Shown here one piece after another: positions 1 to 8,746 of a stretch of 64,000 bases of DNA. Every line of letters begins with the position of its first letter. Within the stretch, counting starts at the first letter, position 1. The notes under the pieces are model-generated. The model searched no databases. It saw nothing but the letters and a program-made list of their open reading frames with translations, and was not told where the DNA came from. Made by a program: the position numbers and the translations under genes. The stretch is from Candidatus Bathyarchaeia archaeon (lineage in GTDB: Archaea > Thermoproteota > Bathyarchaeia > Bathyarchaeales > Bathycorpusculaceae): contig JAVZLQ010000001.1 in NCBI GenBank assembly GCA_038883655.1, positions 32,001 to 96,000 on the forward strand, written 5' to 3'.

Positions 1-304
1 AAGCAACGAGGTTTATGGCTTCGGTTGTGCCTCGGACAAAGATTATTTCTTCCATGCCCTTCGCGTTTATGAAATTCGCGACTTCTTCATGTGCACTTTC
101 ATAAAGTTCAGATGCTTCCTGCGATAATGTGTGGACCGCTCTGTGGACGTTTGCGTTGTGTGCTTCATAGAAGTTCTTGATTGCTTCAATCACTTGTTTT
201 GGCTTTTGCGATGTAGCTGCATTGTCAAAATAGATTAGTGGGTGACCGTTTATTTTGCGCTTTAAAATTGGGAAGTCTTCGCGAATCTTGTAGGGGTCAA
301 ACAT
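1..304 (-). CDS. sufS: Cysteine desulfurase, SufS-type (5' part only; runs off the window)
   Basis: Manual translation from ATG at 304: MFDPYKIREDFPILKRKINGHPLIYFDNAATSQKPKQVIEAI...NANVHRAVH...FVRGTTEAINLVA, the classic SufS N-terminus; its start overlaps the IscU stop. Confidence 0.9.
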   Translation of the reverse strand, partial: MFDPYKIREDFPILKRKINGHPLIYFDNAATSQKPKQVIEAIKNFYEAHNANVHRAVHTLSQEASELYESAHEEVANFINAKGMEEIIFVRGTTEAINLVA

Positions 305-804
305 TATCTTCCCTCAGCTAACTTCATTCGCTTTGATAGGATTCGCGCTAATTCTTCCTCTTCCAATGCCTGTTTTTCTTCAAAGCTTAGTTCTTCTTGA
401 AGCCAGTTTGGTGTTGCGCCCTTTTCCTTATAATATTTTCTTATGGCTCTTTTTAGTGCGCCTACGGCGAGGATGCCGCAGTGAAACTTTATGCTTGGCA
501 GTCCGCCTACTGCTTCTGCCACGCTTTTCCAAGAGATTTTCCAAGCGTCTTCAAGTTTCATACCCTTAATCATTTCTGTGACGATGCTTGATGTGGCAAT
601 GTTTGCGGCGCATCCGTAACTTTCAAATGTGGCTTTTTCGATGAAGTCTTGCTCGTTTATTTTTAGGTAGAAGGTTATCATGTCTCCGCATGCTGGGTTT
701 CCAGCAACCGCCGTTACGGTGGCGTCTTCCATCTTACCGAGATTTTTTGGGTTCCTAAACAACTCAAGAACCTTTGGGTTATATGGTAATGGCATCCGCG
801 ACAT
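304..804 (-). CDS. iscU: Fe-S cluster scaffold, IscU/NifU-N type
   Basis: GNPACGD, YGCAANIA and LPSIKFHC motifs (3 Cys + Asp + His). Confidence 0.92.
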   Translation of the reverse strand: MSRMPLPYNPKVLELFRNPKNLGKMEDATVTAVAGNPACGDMITFYLKINEQDFIEKATFESYGCAANIATSSIVTEMIKGMKLEDAWKISWKSVAEAVGGLPSIKFHCGILAVGALKRAIRKYYKEKGATPNWLQEELSFEEKQALEEEELARILSKRMKLAEGR

Positions 805-2039
805 CAGTTTTCAACTCCTGTCGAGCCAGTTATCTCCCTTATCCTTTGAACAGCTTTTGGGATGACGTCCAAAACATAGTTTATATCCTCTTCCTTATGA
901 TAACGCGTAACCTTCATTAATATGCTTCCATGCGCCTCCTCGAACTTTCTTCCAATGGCAACAAGAACATGGCTTGGCTGAAGAAGCCTTCTCGTGCATG
1001 CGCTTCCACTTGAAACATAAACACCGTTTAGGCTAAGTTCAATCGTTAAGGCTTCTCCCTCGCATCTAAGAAAGCTTATGTTCAAGTTGTCTGGTGCCCG
1101 TCTGTCGCCCCTCGGTCCATTAAGTTTAACGTCTGAAACTCTTTCTATTATCCCATTTAACAGTTTGTCCCGCAATCCTCGCATATAACGGACGTTTTCA
1201 TCAAAATTTTGAAATGCAAGCTCGGAAGCCTTGGCAAAACCAACTATGAGCGGAGTGTTTTCAACGCCAGGCCATAACTTTTGTGTTCCAATTTGGCCCT
1301 CCAGAATTTTTTCGATGTTGACGCCTTCTTTCACGTATAGTGCGCCTATTCCGCGTGGTCCCAAGATTTTGTAGCTGCTTATTGTGGCTAAATCCACGTT
1401 TAGGCCTTTAACGTTGAAGTTTATTTTTCCGTAGGCGTCTGACGCGTCTGTGTGGAAAAGTGCTTCTGGGTTTTTGTCTTTGACTATTTCTATTGCTTCT
1501 TTTATTGGCTGTATTGTTCCAATTTCATTGTTTGCAAGCGCAAAGCTTGCTAGGGCTGTCTCCTTGTCAACGGCTTCCTTTAGCTTTTCAAGTTTTATGA
1601 AGCCTTCCTCATCGACTGGCACTTTCACCGTGGAAAAGCCGTATTTTTGAAGCATCTCTGTAACATGTATTATGCTTATTGGCTCTATTTCTGAAATGAC
1701 AACTTTCTTGCATTTGCCTCGCATTGAAAAGGCGGCCCCCATCAACGCCAAGTTGTTTGCTTCTGTTTCGCCTGGAGTAAAAGTGATTTCCTCAAGTGTT
1801 TTGCATCCGAGGAAGTTGGCGATTTTTTGCGCGTTTTCCATTATTGTTTCTAGGGCTTCCCATCCTGGCTTATGCGTTAATGTTGGGTTACCATAAGCCC
1901 GCCTGTTATAGTATGGGAGCATTGCTTCAATAACTTCTTCTGGGACAAAGCTGGAGTTTTCAATGTCCAAGTAAACTTCCATTTTCAGTCTTTCATGCGC
2001 TTTTAGGAGCTCTCTAACATTCTCAATCATTGTTTTCAA
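804..2039 (-). CDS. iscS: IscS/NifS-family cysteine desulfurase homologue with a degenerate active site
   Basis: GNP, TEANNLA, ANNEIGTIQP, SYKILGPRG and SSGSACT motifs; several catalytic residues are substituted (see findings). Confidence 0.85.
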   Translation of the reverse strand: MKTMIENVRELLKAHERLKMEVYLDIENSSFVPEEVIEAMLPYYNRRAYGNPTLTHKPGWEALETIMENAQKIANFLGCKTLEEITFTPGETEANNLALMGAAFSMRGKCKKVVISEIEPISIIHVTEMLQKYGFSTVKVPVDEEGFIKLEKLKEAVDKETALASFALANNEIGTIQPIKEAIEIVKDKNPEALFHTDASDAYGKINFNVKGLNVDLATISSYKILGPRGIGALYVKEGVNIEKILEGQIGTQKLWPGVENTPLIVGFAKASELAFQNFDENVRYMRGLRDKLLNGIIERVSDVKLNGPRGDRRAPDNLNISFLRCEGEALTIELSLNGVYVSSGSACTRRLLQPSHVLVAIGRKFEEAHGSILMKVTRYHKEEDINYVLDVIPKAVQRIREITGSTGVEN

Positions 2040-2249
2040 GTCCTTGCGCTAACCATAACCTAAATAGGCTTTAGCTTATAGAAAAAGGTATTTGGCTTCG
2101 CGCACGCCTAACATCATTCCACTCTAAATGGAATTTGAACATTTTTCAGTTTTATTTTCCCTACCCCCTCCCTCTCTAGAATTTTCAATAATGTTTTAAA
2201 TCCGCAGTACTCTTTTAGAGTTTGCAGCAGAGAAATAGGCGTATGAAAC

Positions 2250-4481
2250 TTGCGAATAACAGACTTACCCGTTCCAGAGTCGGTTAAAGAGGTGCTCATT
2301 AGATGCGGAATTGTTGAGCTTTATCCACCGCAGGAAGAGGCGGTTAGGGCTGGAGCTTTGGATGGGCGGAACCTTGTTTTGGCTAGTCCAACGGCTTCTG
2401 GTAAAACATTGGTTGCCGAGCTATGTGCCTTAAAGCATGTTTTGGAGAAGGATGGAAAGGTTATTTATTTGACGCCTTTGAGGGCTTTGGCTAACGAGAA
2501 GTTTGAGGAATTTAAGAAATACGCTTCTCTTAGGAAAAGTGATGGCGGAAGGGTTCGCGTTGGCATAAGCACTGGCGACTTTGACAGTAGCGACCCGTGG
2601 CTGGAAAGGTATGACATAATAGTTACCACTAATGAGAAGGCGGATTCGCTTTTGAGGCATAGAGCTAAGTGGATGGATGAAATTTCGCTTATAATAGCTG
2701 ACGAAGTGCACTTGCTTAATGACGCAGAAAGGGGGCCAACGCTCGAGGTTGTTTTGGCAAGGTTTATGCAAATAAACCCAGATGTGCAGATTTTAGCTTT
2801 AAGCGCCACAATAAACAATGTTGAGGAAATTGCAGCTTGGCTTAAGGCGGGCTACGTTACAACGGAGTGGCGTCCAATACTCTTGAAGGAGGGTGTTCTC
2901 CTTCACGATGAAGTTCAATTTAAGGATGGGGATGCGTACAAAATAGAGCGAAAAACAAAGAATTCAGCGATAAATTTGGCGTTAAGTACTGTTAAAGCGG
3001 GTGGTCAAGCGTTAATTTTTGCCTCAACACGGAAAAACGCTGTTTTGTTGGCGAAGAAAGTTGCTGGCGAAATCGAGGGAGTTCTGTCAAAGCCAATAAG
3101 GCGTTCTCTTGAGCACGAATCAGAGAAGATTTTAGCTGCTGGAGAAAAAACGCGCGTAAGCGAAACTTTGGCGGAACTTGTTAAGCGTGGAACAGCTTTT
3201 CACCATGCTGGTTTGGGCGGAGCACACCGTAAGCTAATTGAGGATGCGTTTCGTGAAGGAAAAATTAAGGTTTTGACTGCTACGCCTACGTTGGCTTTCG
3301 GTGTAAACTTGCCCGCAAGAACAGTGGTTATCCAAGATTATAGGCGGTATGAGCCTGGTTATGGCTATTACCCAATAAGCGTTTTGGAGTACAAGCAGAT
3401 GGCTGGTAGGGCTGGCAGACCAAAATACGACAAGGTTGGTGAGGCTATTCTAATCGCTAAAACCAGTGATGAAGCCGATTATCTCATGGAAAGCTACATT
3501 TTGGCAAGTCCAGAACGGATATGGTCTAGGCTGGCGGTAGAACGCATATTAAGATCTCATGTTTTGGCTACAATAGCTGCGGATTTCGCGCACACAGAAC
3601 GTGGAATCTACGAGTTTTTCGGCAAAACGTTCTATGCCTACCAGTACGAAACTGGCGCAATGAAGGGCATAATCGCTAAGATTCTCAAGTATCTTTACGA
3701 CGAGGAAATGATTGACGTTGCTGGCGAAAACATTTACGCAACAAAGTTCGGAAGACGCGTAAGCGAACTCTACATAGACCCAGTTTCAGCCGTCATCATA
3801 CGTAAAGCTTTAAGACGCAAACCTGCATACCTAACAGAGTTTAGCCTCCTTCACCTAATCTCGCATACTCCAGACATGGGACCGATACTGAGACCGTTTT
3901 CCCGCGAACTTGACGAAATTGCGGTTTTCACGGAACAGCACAGAGACGAATTTCTTGTTGACGTGCCAGACGAGTGGGAAGACCGCATCGCTTACGAGCA
4001 GTTTCTGGGAGAAGTTAAAACGGCATTGGTTCTCAACGCTTGGATAGAAGAGAAAAGCGAAGACGAAATAATAGAGCGGTTTAGGACGCAGCCAGGCGAC
4101 CTGTATAGAACTGTGGAGAACGCCAAGTGGCTCCTTTACGCAACACACGAGTTGGGCGTGTTATTTGGCAACAAAGAAATTTTACCGTTAGCCCTTGAGC
4201 TTATGGAACGCGTAGAAAAAGGCGTTAAGAGGGAACTGCTGCCCATCGTGAAGTTGGAGGGCGTCGGCAGAGTCCGCGGACGAATACTCTACAACGCTGG
4301 ATACAAAACAATAGAAGACATAAAACTGGCAGCCATTGAAGACCTCATGAACCTTCCACTTATAGGACCAAGACTAGCGAAGAAGATAAAGGAACAGGTC
4401 GGCGGTTTCGTTAAGAAGGAAACGTGGGAGAAACTCGAAAAGGAAAATGTTTGGAAACAGAAGGCGCTGACAGAATATTAA
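2250..4481 (+). CDS. hel308: Ski2-like DNA helicase Hel308/Hjm
   Basis: PTASGKT, DEVH, LSAT, FHHAGL, QMAGRAGRP motifs and C-terminal HhH. Confidence 0.95.
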   Translation: MRITDLPVPESVKEVLIRCGIVELYPPQEEAVRAGALDGRNLVLASPTASGKTLVAELCALKHVLEKDGKVIYLTPLRALANEKFEEFKKYASLRKSDGGRVRVGISTGDFDSSDPWLERYDIIVTTNEKADSLLRHRAKWMDEISLIIADEVHLLNDAERGPTLEVVLARFMQINPDVQILALSATINNVEEIAAWLKAGYVTTEWRPILLKEGVLLHDEVQFKDGDAYKIERKTKNSAINLALSTVKAGGQALIFASTRKNAVLLAKKVAGEIEGVLSKPIRRSLEHESEKILAAGEKTRVSETLAELVKRGTAFHHAGLGGAHRKLIEDAFREGKIKVLTATPTLAFGVNLPARTVVIQDYRRYEPGYGYYPISVLEYKQMAGRAGRPKYDKVGEAILIAKTSDEADYLMESYILASPERIWSRLAVERILRSHVLATIAADFAHTERGIYEFFGKTFYAYQYETGAMKGIIAKILKYLYDEEMIDVAGENIYATKFGRRVSELYIDPVSAVIIRKALRRKPAYLTEFSLLHLISHTPDMGPILRPFSRELDEIAVFTEQHRDEFLVDVPDEWEDRIAYEQFLGEVKTALVLNAWIEEKSEDEIIERFRTQPGDLYRTVENAKWLLYATHELGVLFGNKEILPLALELMERVEKGVKRELLPIVKLEGVGRVRGRILYNAGYKTIEDIKLAAIEDLMNLPLIGPRLAKKIKEQVGGFVKKETWEKLEKENVWKQKALTEY

Positions 4482-5842
4482 ATGCCGCGGGCTTTTCGTT
4501 CTTTCTTTGTCTTCTCAACCATAAGGTTAACTTGTTCTATTGCTGTGCCAAGGTAATTTTTAGGGTTCAAAGCAGCGTCAATCTCTTCCGCACTAAGCTT
4601 AGAACGCACAGTCTTATCTTCAAGGAGAACTTCTCTAAAATGTCGCCCTTCCGCCTCACTTTTCGCAGAAAGTCTTCTGAGAAGTTCATGTGCCTCTTGG
4701 CGACTTATGCCCTTCCTCGTTAACGCTATCATTACTGCTTCTGACATTGCACGTCCCTTGGTTAGTTCCAAATTTTCCAGCATGCGCTTCTCATCAACAT
4801 ACAAATTCGCAATTATGTTCGTCATTAAGAAGAGCATGTAGTCGACTAGGATGCATGCTTCTGGAAAAATGAAACGCTCCGCAGAAGACTGCGTCAAATC
4901 GCGTTCATGCCACGTTGTAATGTTCTCCAAGACTGGGACAACTAGGCTTCGCACTATTCTAGCTAAGCCACAGATTCTCTCGCATATTTCGGGATTACGC
5001 TTATGCGGCATAGTTGAGCTGCCAACCTGTCTTTCAACCTCGAACGGCTCGAAAAGCTCTCCAATTTCTGGTCTCTGAAGCTCCCGAATCTCGGTGGCGA
5101 AATTCTCAAGCGAAGAGGCGATAAGCGCAAGAATGCATACGATTTCGGCGTGGCGGTCGCGCTGCACAATCTGCGTTGAAATATCTGCGGGCTTAATTCC
5201 CAACCGTTGCATGACAAGCTCCTGAACTTTCATGGCGTTTGCGCCTAAACCCGCCTGTGTTCCCACGGCACCGCTCATTTTGCCAACTAAGGCGCGTTCT
5301 TTGCATTGTCTGAGCCTTTCGATGTGTCTTGAGATTTCCCGCATCCAAACTGCAAACTTGAATCCCAAAGTTATTGGCAAGGCGTGTTGTCCGTGTGTTC
5401 TTCCGATCATGAGCGTTTCCTTATACTGCATGGCTTTTTCCATCAAAACTTCTTCGAGGCTGTTGAGCCTCTTTTCGATTAACTCTAAAGCCTCTTTCAG
5501 TTGGAGGGCGTTCGCCGTGTCTACAATGTCATAGCTTGTTGCGCCAAAATGCACGTATGCGCCGCTTTTTCCGCAAACTTCGGCCAAAGCCCTAACAATC
5601 GCCATAATGTCATGCTTTATTTCTTGTTCAATCTCCTTTATTCTACTGATTTTAACGTATTTTGTGGAAGCCATGCTGATTATTTTCTCTGCATCCTTTC
5701 GTGGGATGTTACCAACTTCGGCGTGCGCCCAAGCCAATGCGGCCTCAACGTCAAGCATTTTTTGGATGCGCGTTTCCTCTTCAAATATCCGTCGCATCTC
5801 AGGAGTGCCGTAACGTCCCGTATCTATTGGTAAGATGGGCAA
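4478..5842 (-). CDS. purB: Adenylosuccinate lyase
   Basis: HFGATSYD, GRTHGQHA and GSSTMPHKRNP signature. Confidence 0.96.
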   Translation of the reverse strand: MPILPIDTGRYGTPEMRRIFEEETRIQKMLDVEAALAWAHAEVGNIPRKDAEKIISMASTKYVKISRIKEIEQEIKHDIMAIVRALAEVCGKSGAYVHFGATSYDIVDTANALQLKEALELIEKRLNSLEEVLMEKAMQYKETLMIGRTHGQHALPITLGFKFAVWMREISRHIERLRQCKERALVGKMSGAVGTQAGLGANAMKVQELVMQRLGIKPADISTQIVQRDRHAEIVCILALIASSLENFATEIRELQRPEIGELFEPFEVERQVGSSTMPHKRNPEICERICGLARIVRSLVVPVLENITTWHERDLTQSSAERFIFPEACILVDYMLFLMTNIIANLYVDEKRMLENLELTKGRAMSEAVMIALTRKGISRQEAHELLRRLSAKSEAEGRHFREVLLEDKTVRSKLSAEEIDAALNPKNYLGTAIEQVNLMVEKTKKERKARGI

Positions 5843-5936
5843 GTCTTTTTCCCTCGCAGAGAGTTAAGACAATTAAGGATTAATGTTTTACCGAAGCATT
5901 AAATGGTAACAGCCCCTAACTGAAGGAGTCAAGCAC

Positions 5937-7400
5937 ATGGGCACAATAGTCGCCGTTATAAACAAAAGGGGAGAAAACGCTGCCGAACAAGCAGTGAAAA
6001 TGCTAAAAGTCCTGTCACACGGCGGCATAGAAAGATTTGGGCTAGCCTCGTCATCTGCCATAAAAATAGAGGATGCCGCCGAGAAACTGTTGTGCTCTGA
6101 TGTTAACTCGTCGATTGTCTTGGGATATGCCTTCTCAAGAATAACAGCGACGGACAAGCCGCAACCAGTAAAACTTGAAAATGCAGCATGCGTCTTTGAA
6201 GGAAGAATATATCCAACATCCATGGAGAGGTCAGATGCGGAAATTTTCGCTGAAAAAATACAGAAAGACTGTATCAGCAGCGCCAAAAGTTTTGTAATGA
6301 AAACCGAAAGCAGCTTCGCGTTTATTATTGCTGAACGGAAAAAGCTTATTGCGGGCAGGGATGCAATCGGCGTCTGTCCATTATATTTCGGCGAGAATAA
6401 GCAGTTAATTGCGCTTGCCTCTGGGAAGAAAGCCTTATGGAAAATTGGAATAGCAGATGCATGTTCTTTCCCACCTGGAAGTCTTCTAGTTGCGAGTAGA
6501 GGAGGCTTCAAAGTTAAGCATGTGAGAAGGTTATCTTGTGAAAAAATAAGTAGCGCGACAATGCGGGATGCATGTGAAGGGCTCTTAACTCTCTTACAAA
6601 GCTCAGTGGAGAAGCTGGTTGGTCTGCAGGATGTTGCTGTTGCGTTTTCAGGAGGACTTGACAGCAGCCTAATCGCTTTTCTGGCAAAAAGGGCTGGAGC
6701 GGATGCGCACCTAGTTCATGTCAGCCTAAAAAATCAGCCAGAAACAGCACATGCAATAAAAGTGGCTGAAGAGCTGAAACTCCCAATTCATGTCTACACT
6801 TACACGGTTGATGACGTTGAAGAAGCGCTGCCAAAAGTTCTTTGGCTTGTTGAAGAGCCGGAGCCAGTCAAGGTTAGCATAGGCGTGCCAATGTACTGGG
6901 CAGCGGAGAAAACATCTGAAATGGGTATAAAGGTTTTATTAGCGGGGCAAGGGGCTGATGAGCTTTTTGGTGGGTATAAGCGCTACTTAACTGCCTACGC
7001 AAGGTACGGAGAAAATAAAGTTAAGGAGATGTTGCTCAACGATGTTTTGGGCATTTCCGAAGCAAACGTCGAGAGGGACTATAAAATCTGCAACTTTTAC
7101 AATGTTGAGTTGCGTCTTCCATACTTAACGCACAAAATGGCAGAATTTGCCGTCAGCTTGCCTTTAAAATTTAAACTTAAACTGTCACGTGGTGGCATGC
7201 GCAAGCTCGTGTTAAGGGCGGCAGCCAAAAAACTTGGCTTACCAAAGACCGTGATAGAAAGACCTAAAAGGGCGATTCAATACGCAACTGGGGTGGATAG
7301 GGCAATTAAGAAGCTTGCCAAACAAGAAAATTTATCCACAAAGGAGTATTTAGCGCGAAACTTTCGCAGCGTTTTCGAGAGAGTGGTGAAAGATGGCTAG
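5937..7400 (+). CDS. Asparagine synthetase-like protein (AsnB family)
   Basis: GRDAIGVCPLY, FSGGLDSS, GQGADELFGGY and ELRLPYL motifs; N-terminal Cys absent. Confidence 0.85.
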   Translation: MGTIVAVINKRGENAAEQAVKMLKVLSHGGIERFGLASSSAIKIEDAAEKLLCSDVNSSIVLGYAFSRITATDKPQPVKLENAACVFEGRIYPTSMERSDAEIFAEKIQKDCISSAKSFVMKTESSFAFIIAERKKLIAGRDAIGVCPLYFGENKQLIALASGKKALWKIGIADACSFPPGSLLVASRGGFKVKHVRRLSCEKISSATMRDACEGLLTLLQSSVEKLVGLQDVAVAFSGGLDSSLIAFLAKRAGADAHLVHVSLKNQPETAHAIKVAEELKLPIHVYTYTVDDVEEALPKVLWLVEEPEPVKVSIGVPMYWAAEKTSEMGIKVLLAGQGADELFGGYKRYLTAYARYGENKVKEMLLNDVLGISEANVERDYKICNFYNVELRLPYLTHKMAEFAVSLPLKFKLKLSRGGMRKLVLRAAAKKLGLPKTVIERPKRAIQYATGVDRAIKKLAKQENLSTKEYLARNFRSVFERVVKDG

Positions 7401-8457
7401 AACAGCGGTTATCTTTTCGCCCAAATATTACAAGCATAACACTGGTAGGGGGCATCCCGAATCTGCAAAACGCATCGGCGCAATCATAAAGGAATTGAGG
7501 ACGAGCGTAATCTCAAAGAGTGGGGATTGGCAATTTGTAGAACCAGAAAGAGCAAGCCTAGACAAGATTCAGCTCGTTCACAACCCCGATTACACGCGAT
7601 TTGTTAAAAACGTTTGCAAGGCAGGCGGTGGAATACTGGATTCTGGAGACACGGTGGTTTCAACAGAGAGCTTTGATGTTGCCACTTATGCTGTTGGTGG
7701 TGCACTTAAAGCTGTTGATCTAGTCATGAAAGAGAAATTTGAAAATGCCTTCGCGCTTGTTAGGCCTCCCGGACATCATGCTGGAAAATTTAGCGCCGCT
7801 GGCTTCTGCATTTTCAATAACGTTGCCGTAGCCGCTGAGCACTTGCTGAAAGATTTTGGTTTAAACCGCGTTTTGATTCTGGATATTGATGCGCATCATG
7901 GAAATGGCACACAAGAAATTTTCTACGGAACCAGCGAGGTTTTGTATGTTAGTCTGCATGAAGATCCGAGAAGTTTTCCGGGAACTGGCTTTGTGGATGA
8001 AATTGGGGAAGGCGAAGGATTAGGCTTTACCGTTAATGTTCCATTGCCTTTTGGGGCGAATGACCAAATATACCTCAAGGCGTTTAATGAAATAGTTGTT
8101 CCAATAATAAGCCAGTACAAACCCCAATTTATTCTTGTTTCAGCTGGTCTTGACGGACATTACACAGACCCAATTGCAAACCTGTCCCTATCCGCCCATT
8201 GTTACGGAAAAGTTTACGATGAAATTGTTAGACTATCGTCCAAACTGTGTCACGGAAAACTTTCTTTCGTTTTGGAGGGGGGTTACAGCCTAAAGTTTAT
8301 TGGGAAACTGGCAGCCTTTGCCATTGCAAAAATGAGTGGTTCAAATTATACCGTAAATGACGTGGCTATTGCTGCAAGTGCATGCGCAAAAAGGCTTGGT
8401 GAAAAAGTTTTGAGGGAAGTTAAGAAAGCACAAGGGCCTTTTTGGAATTTAAAATGA
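7393..8457 (+). CDS. Histone deacetylase-family amidohydrolase
   Basis: HPES, RPPGHHA, GFCIFNN, DIDAHHGNGTQ and LEGGY motifs. Confidence 0.92.
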   Translation: MARTAVIFSPKYYKHNTGRGHPESAKRIGAIIKELRTSVISKSGDWQFVEPERASLDKIQLVHNPDYTRFVKNVCKAGGGILDSGDTVVSTESFDVATYAVGGALKAVDLVMKEKFENAFALVRPPGHHAGKFSAAGFCIFNNVAVAAEHLLKDFGLNRVLILDIDAHHGNGTQEIFYGTSEVLYVSLHEDPRSFPGTGFVDEIGEGEGLGFTVNVPLPFGANDQIYLKAFNEIVVPIISQYKPQFILVSAGLDGHYTDPIANLSLSAHCYGKVYDEIVRLSSKLCHGKLSFVLEGGYSLKFIGKLAAFAIAKMSGSNYTVNDVAIAASACAKRLGEKVLREVKKAQGPFWNLK

Positions 8458-8495
8458 CAGCCTAAAATAATATGAAGGAGAGGGTAGTTGCTGAT

Positions 8496-8678
8496 TTATT
8501 CAATGACTTGGATTGCGCTTTCTGGACATTGGACTTCGCATGCTCTGCAAACAAGGCATTCTTCGGGTTTCACTGGAACAGACTTTCCATCTTTTAATTC
8601 ATAGACGCCTACAGGACATGTGTCAACGCATGTCCCGCATCCAGTACACTTATCGTTATCAACAACTATTTTCACCAT
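8496..8678 (-). CDS. 2[4Fe-4S] ferredoxin
   Basis: Two CxxCxxCxxxCP motifs in 60 aa. Confidence 0.93.
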   Translation of the reverse strand: MVKIVVDNDKCTGCGTCVDTCPVGVYELKDGKSVPVKPEECLVCRACEVQCPESAIQVIE

Positions 8679-8746
8679 TTTCCTTATCCCTCACAGTTAG
8701 ATTCTCATTGAGAGAAAACTGGTGGAATAAAAGCCTTTAGGTTCAA

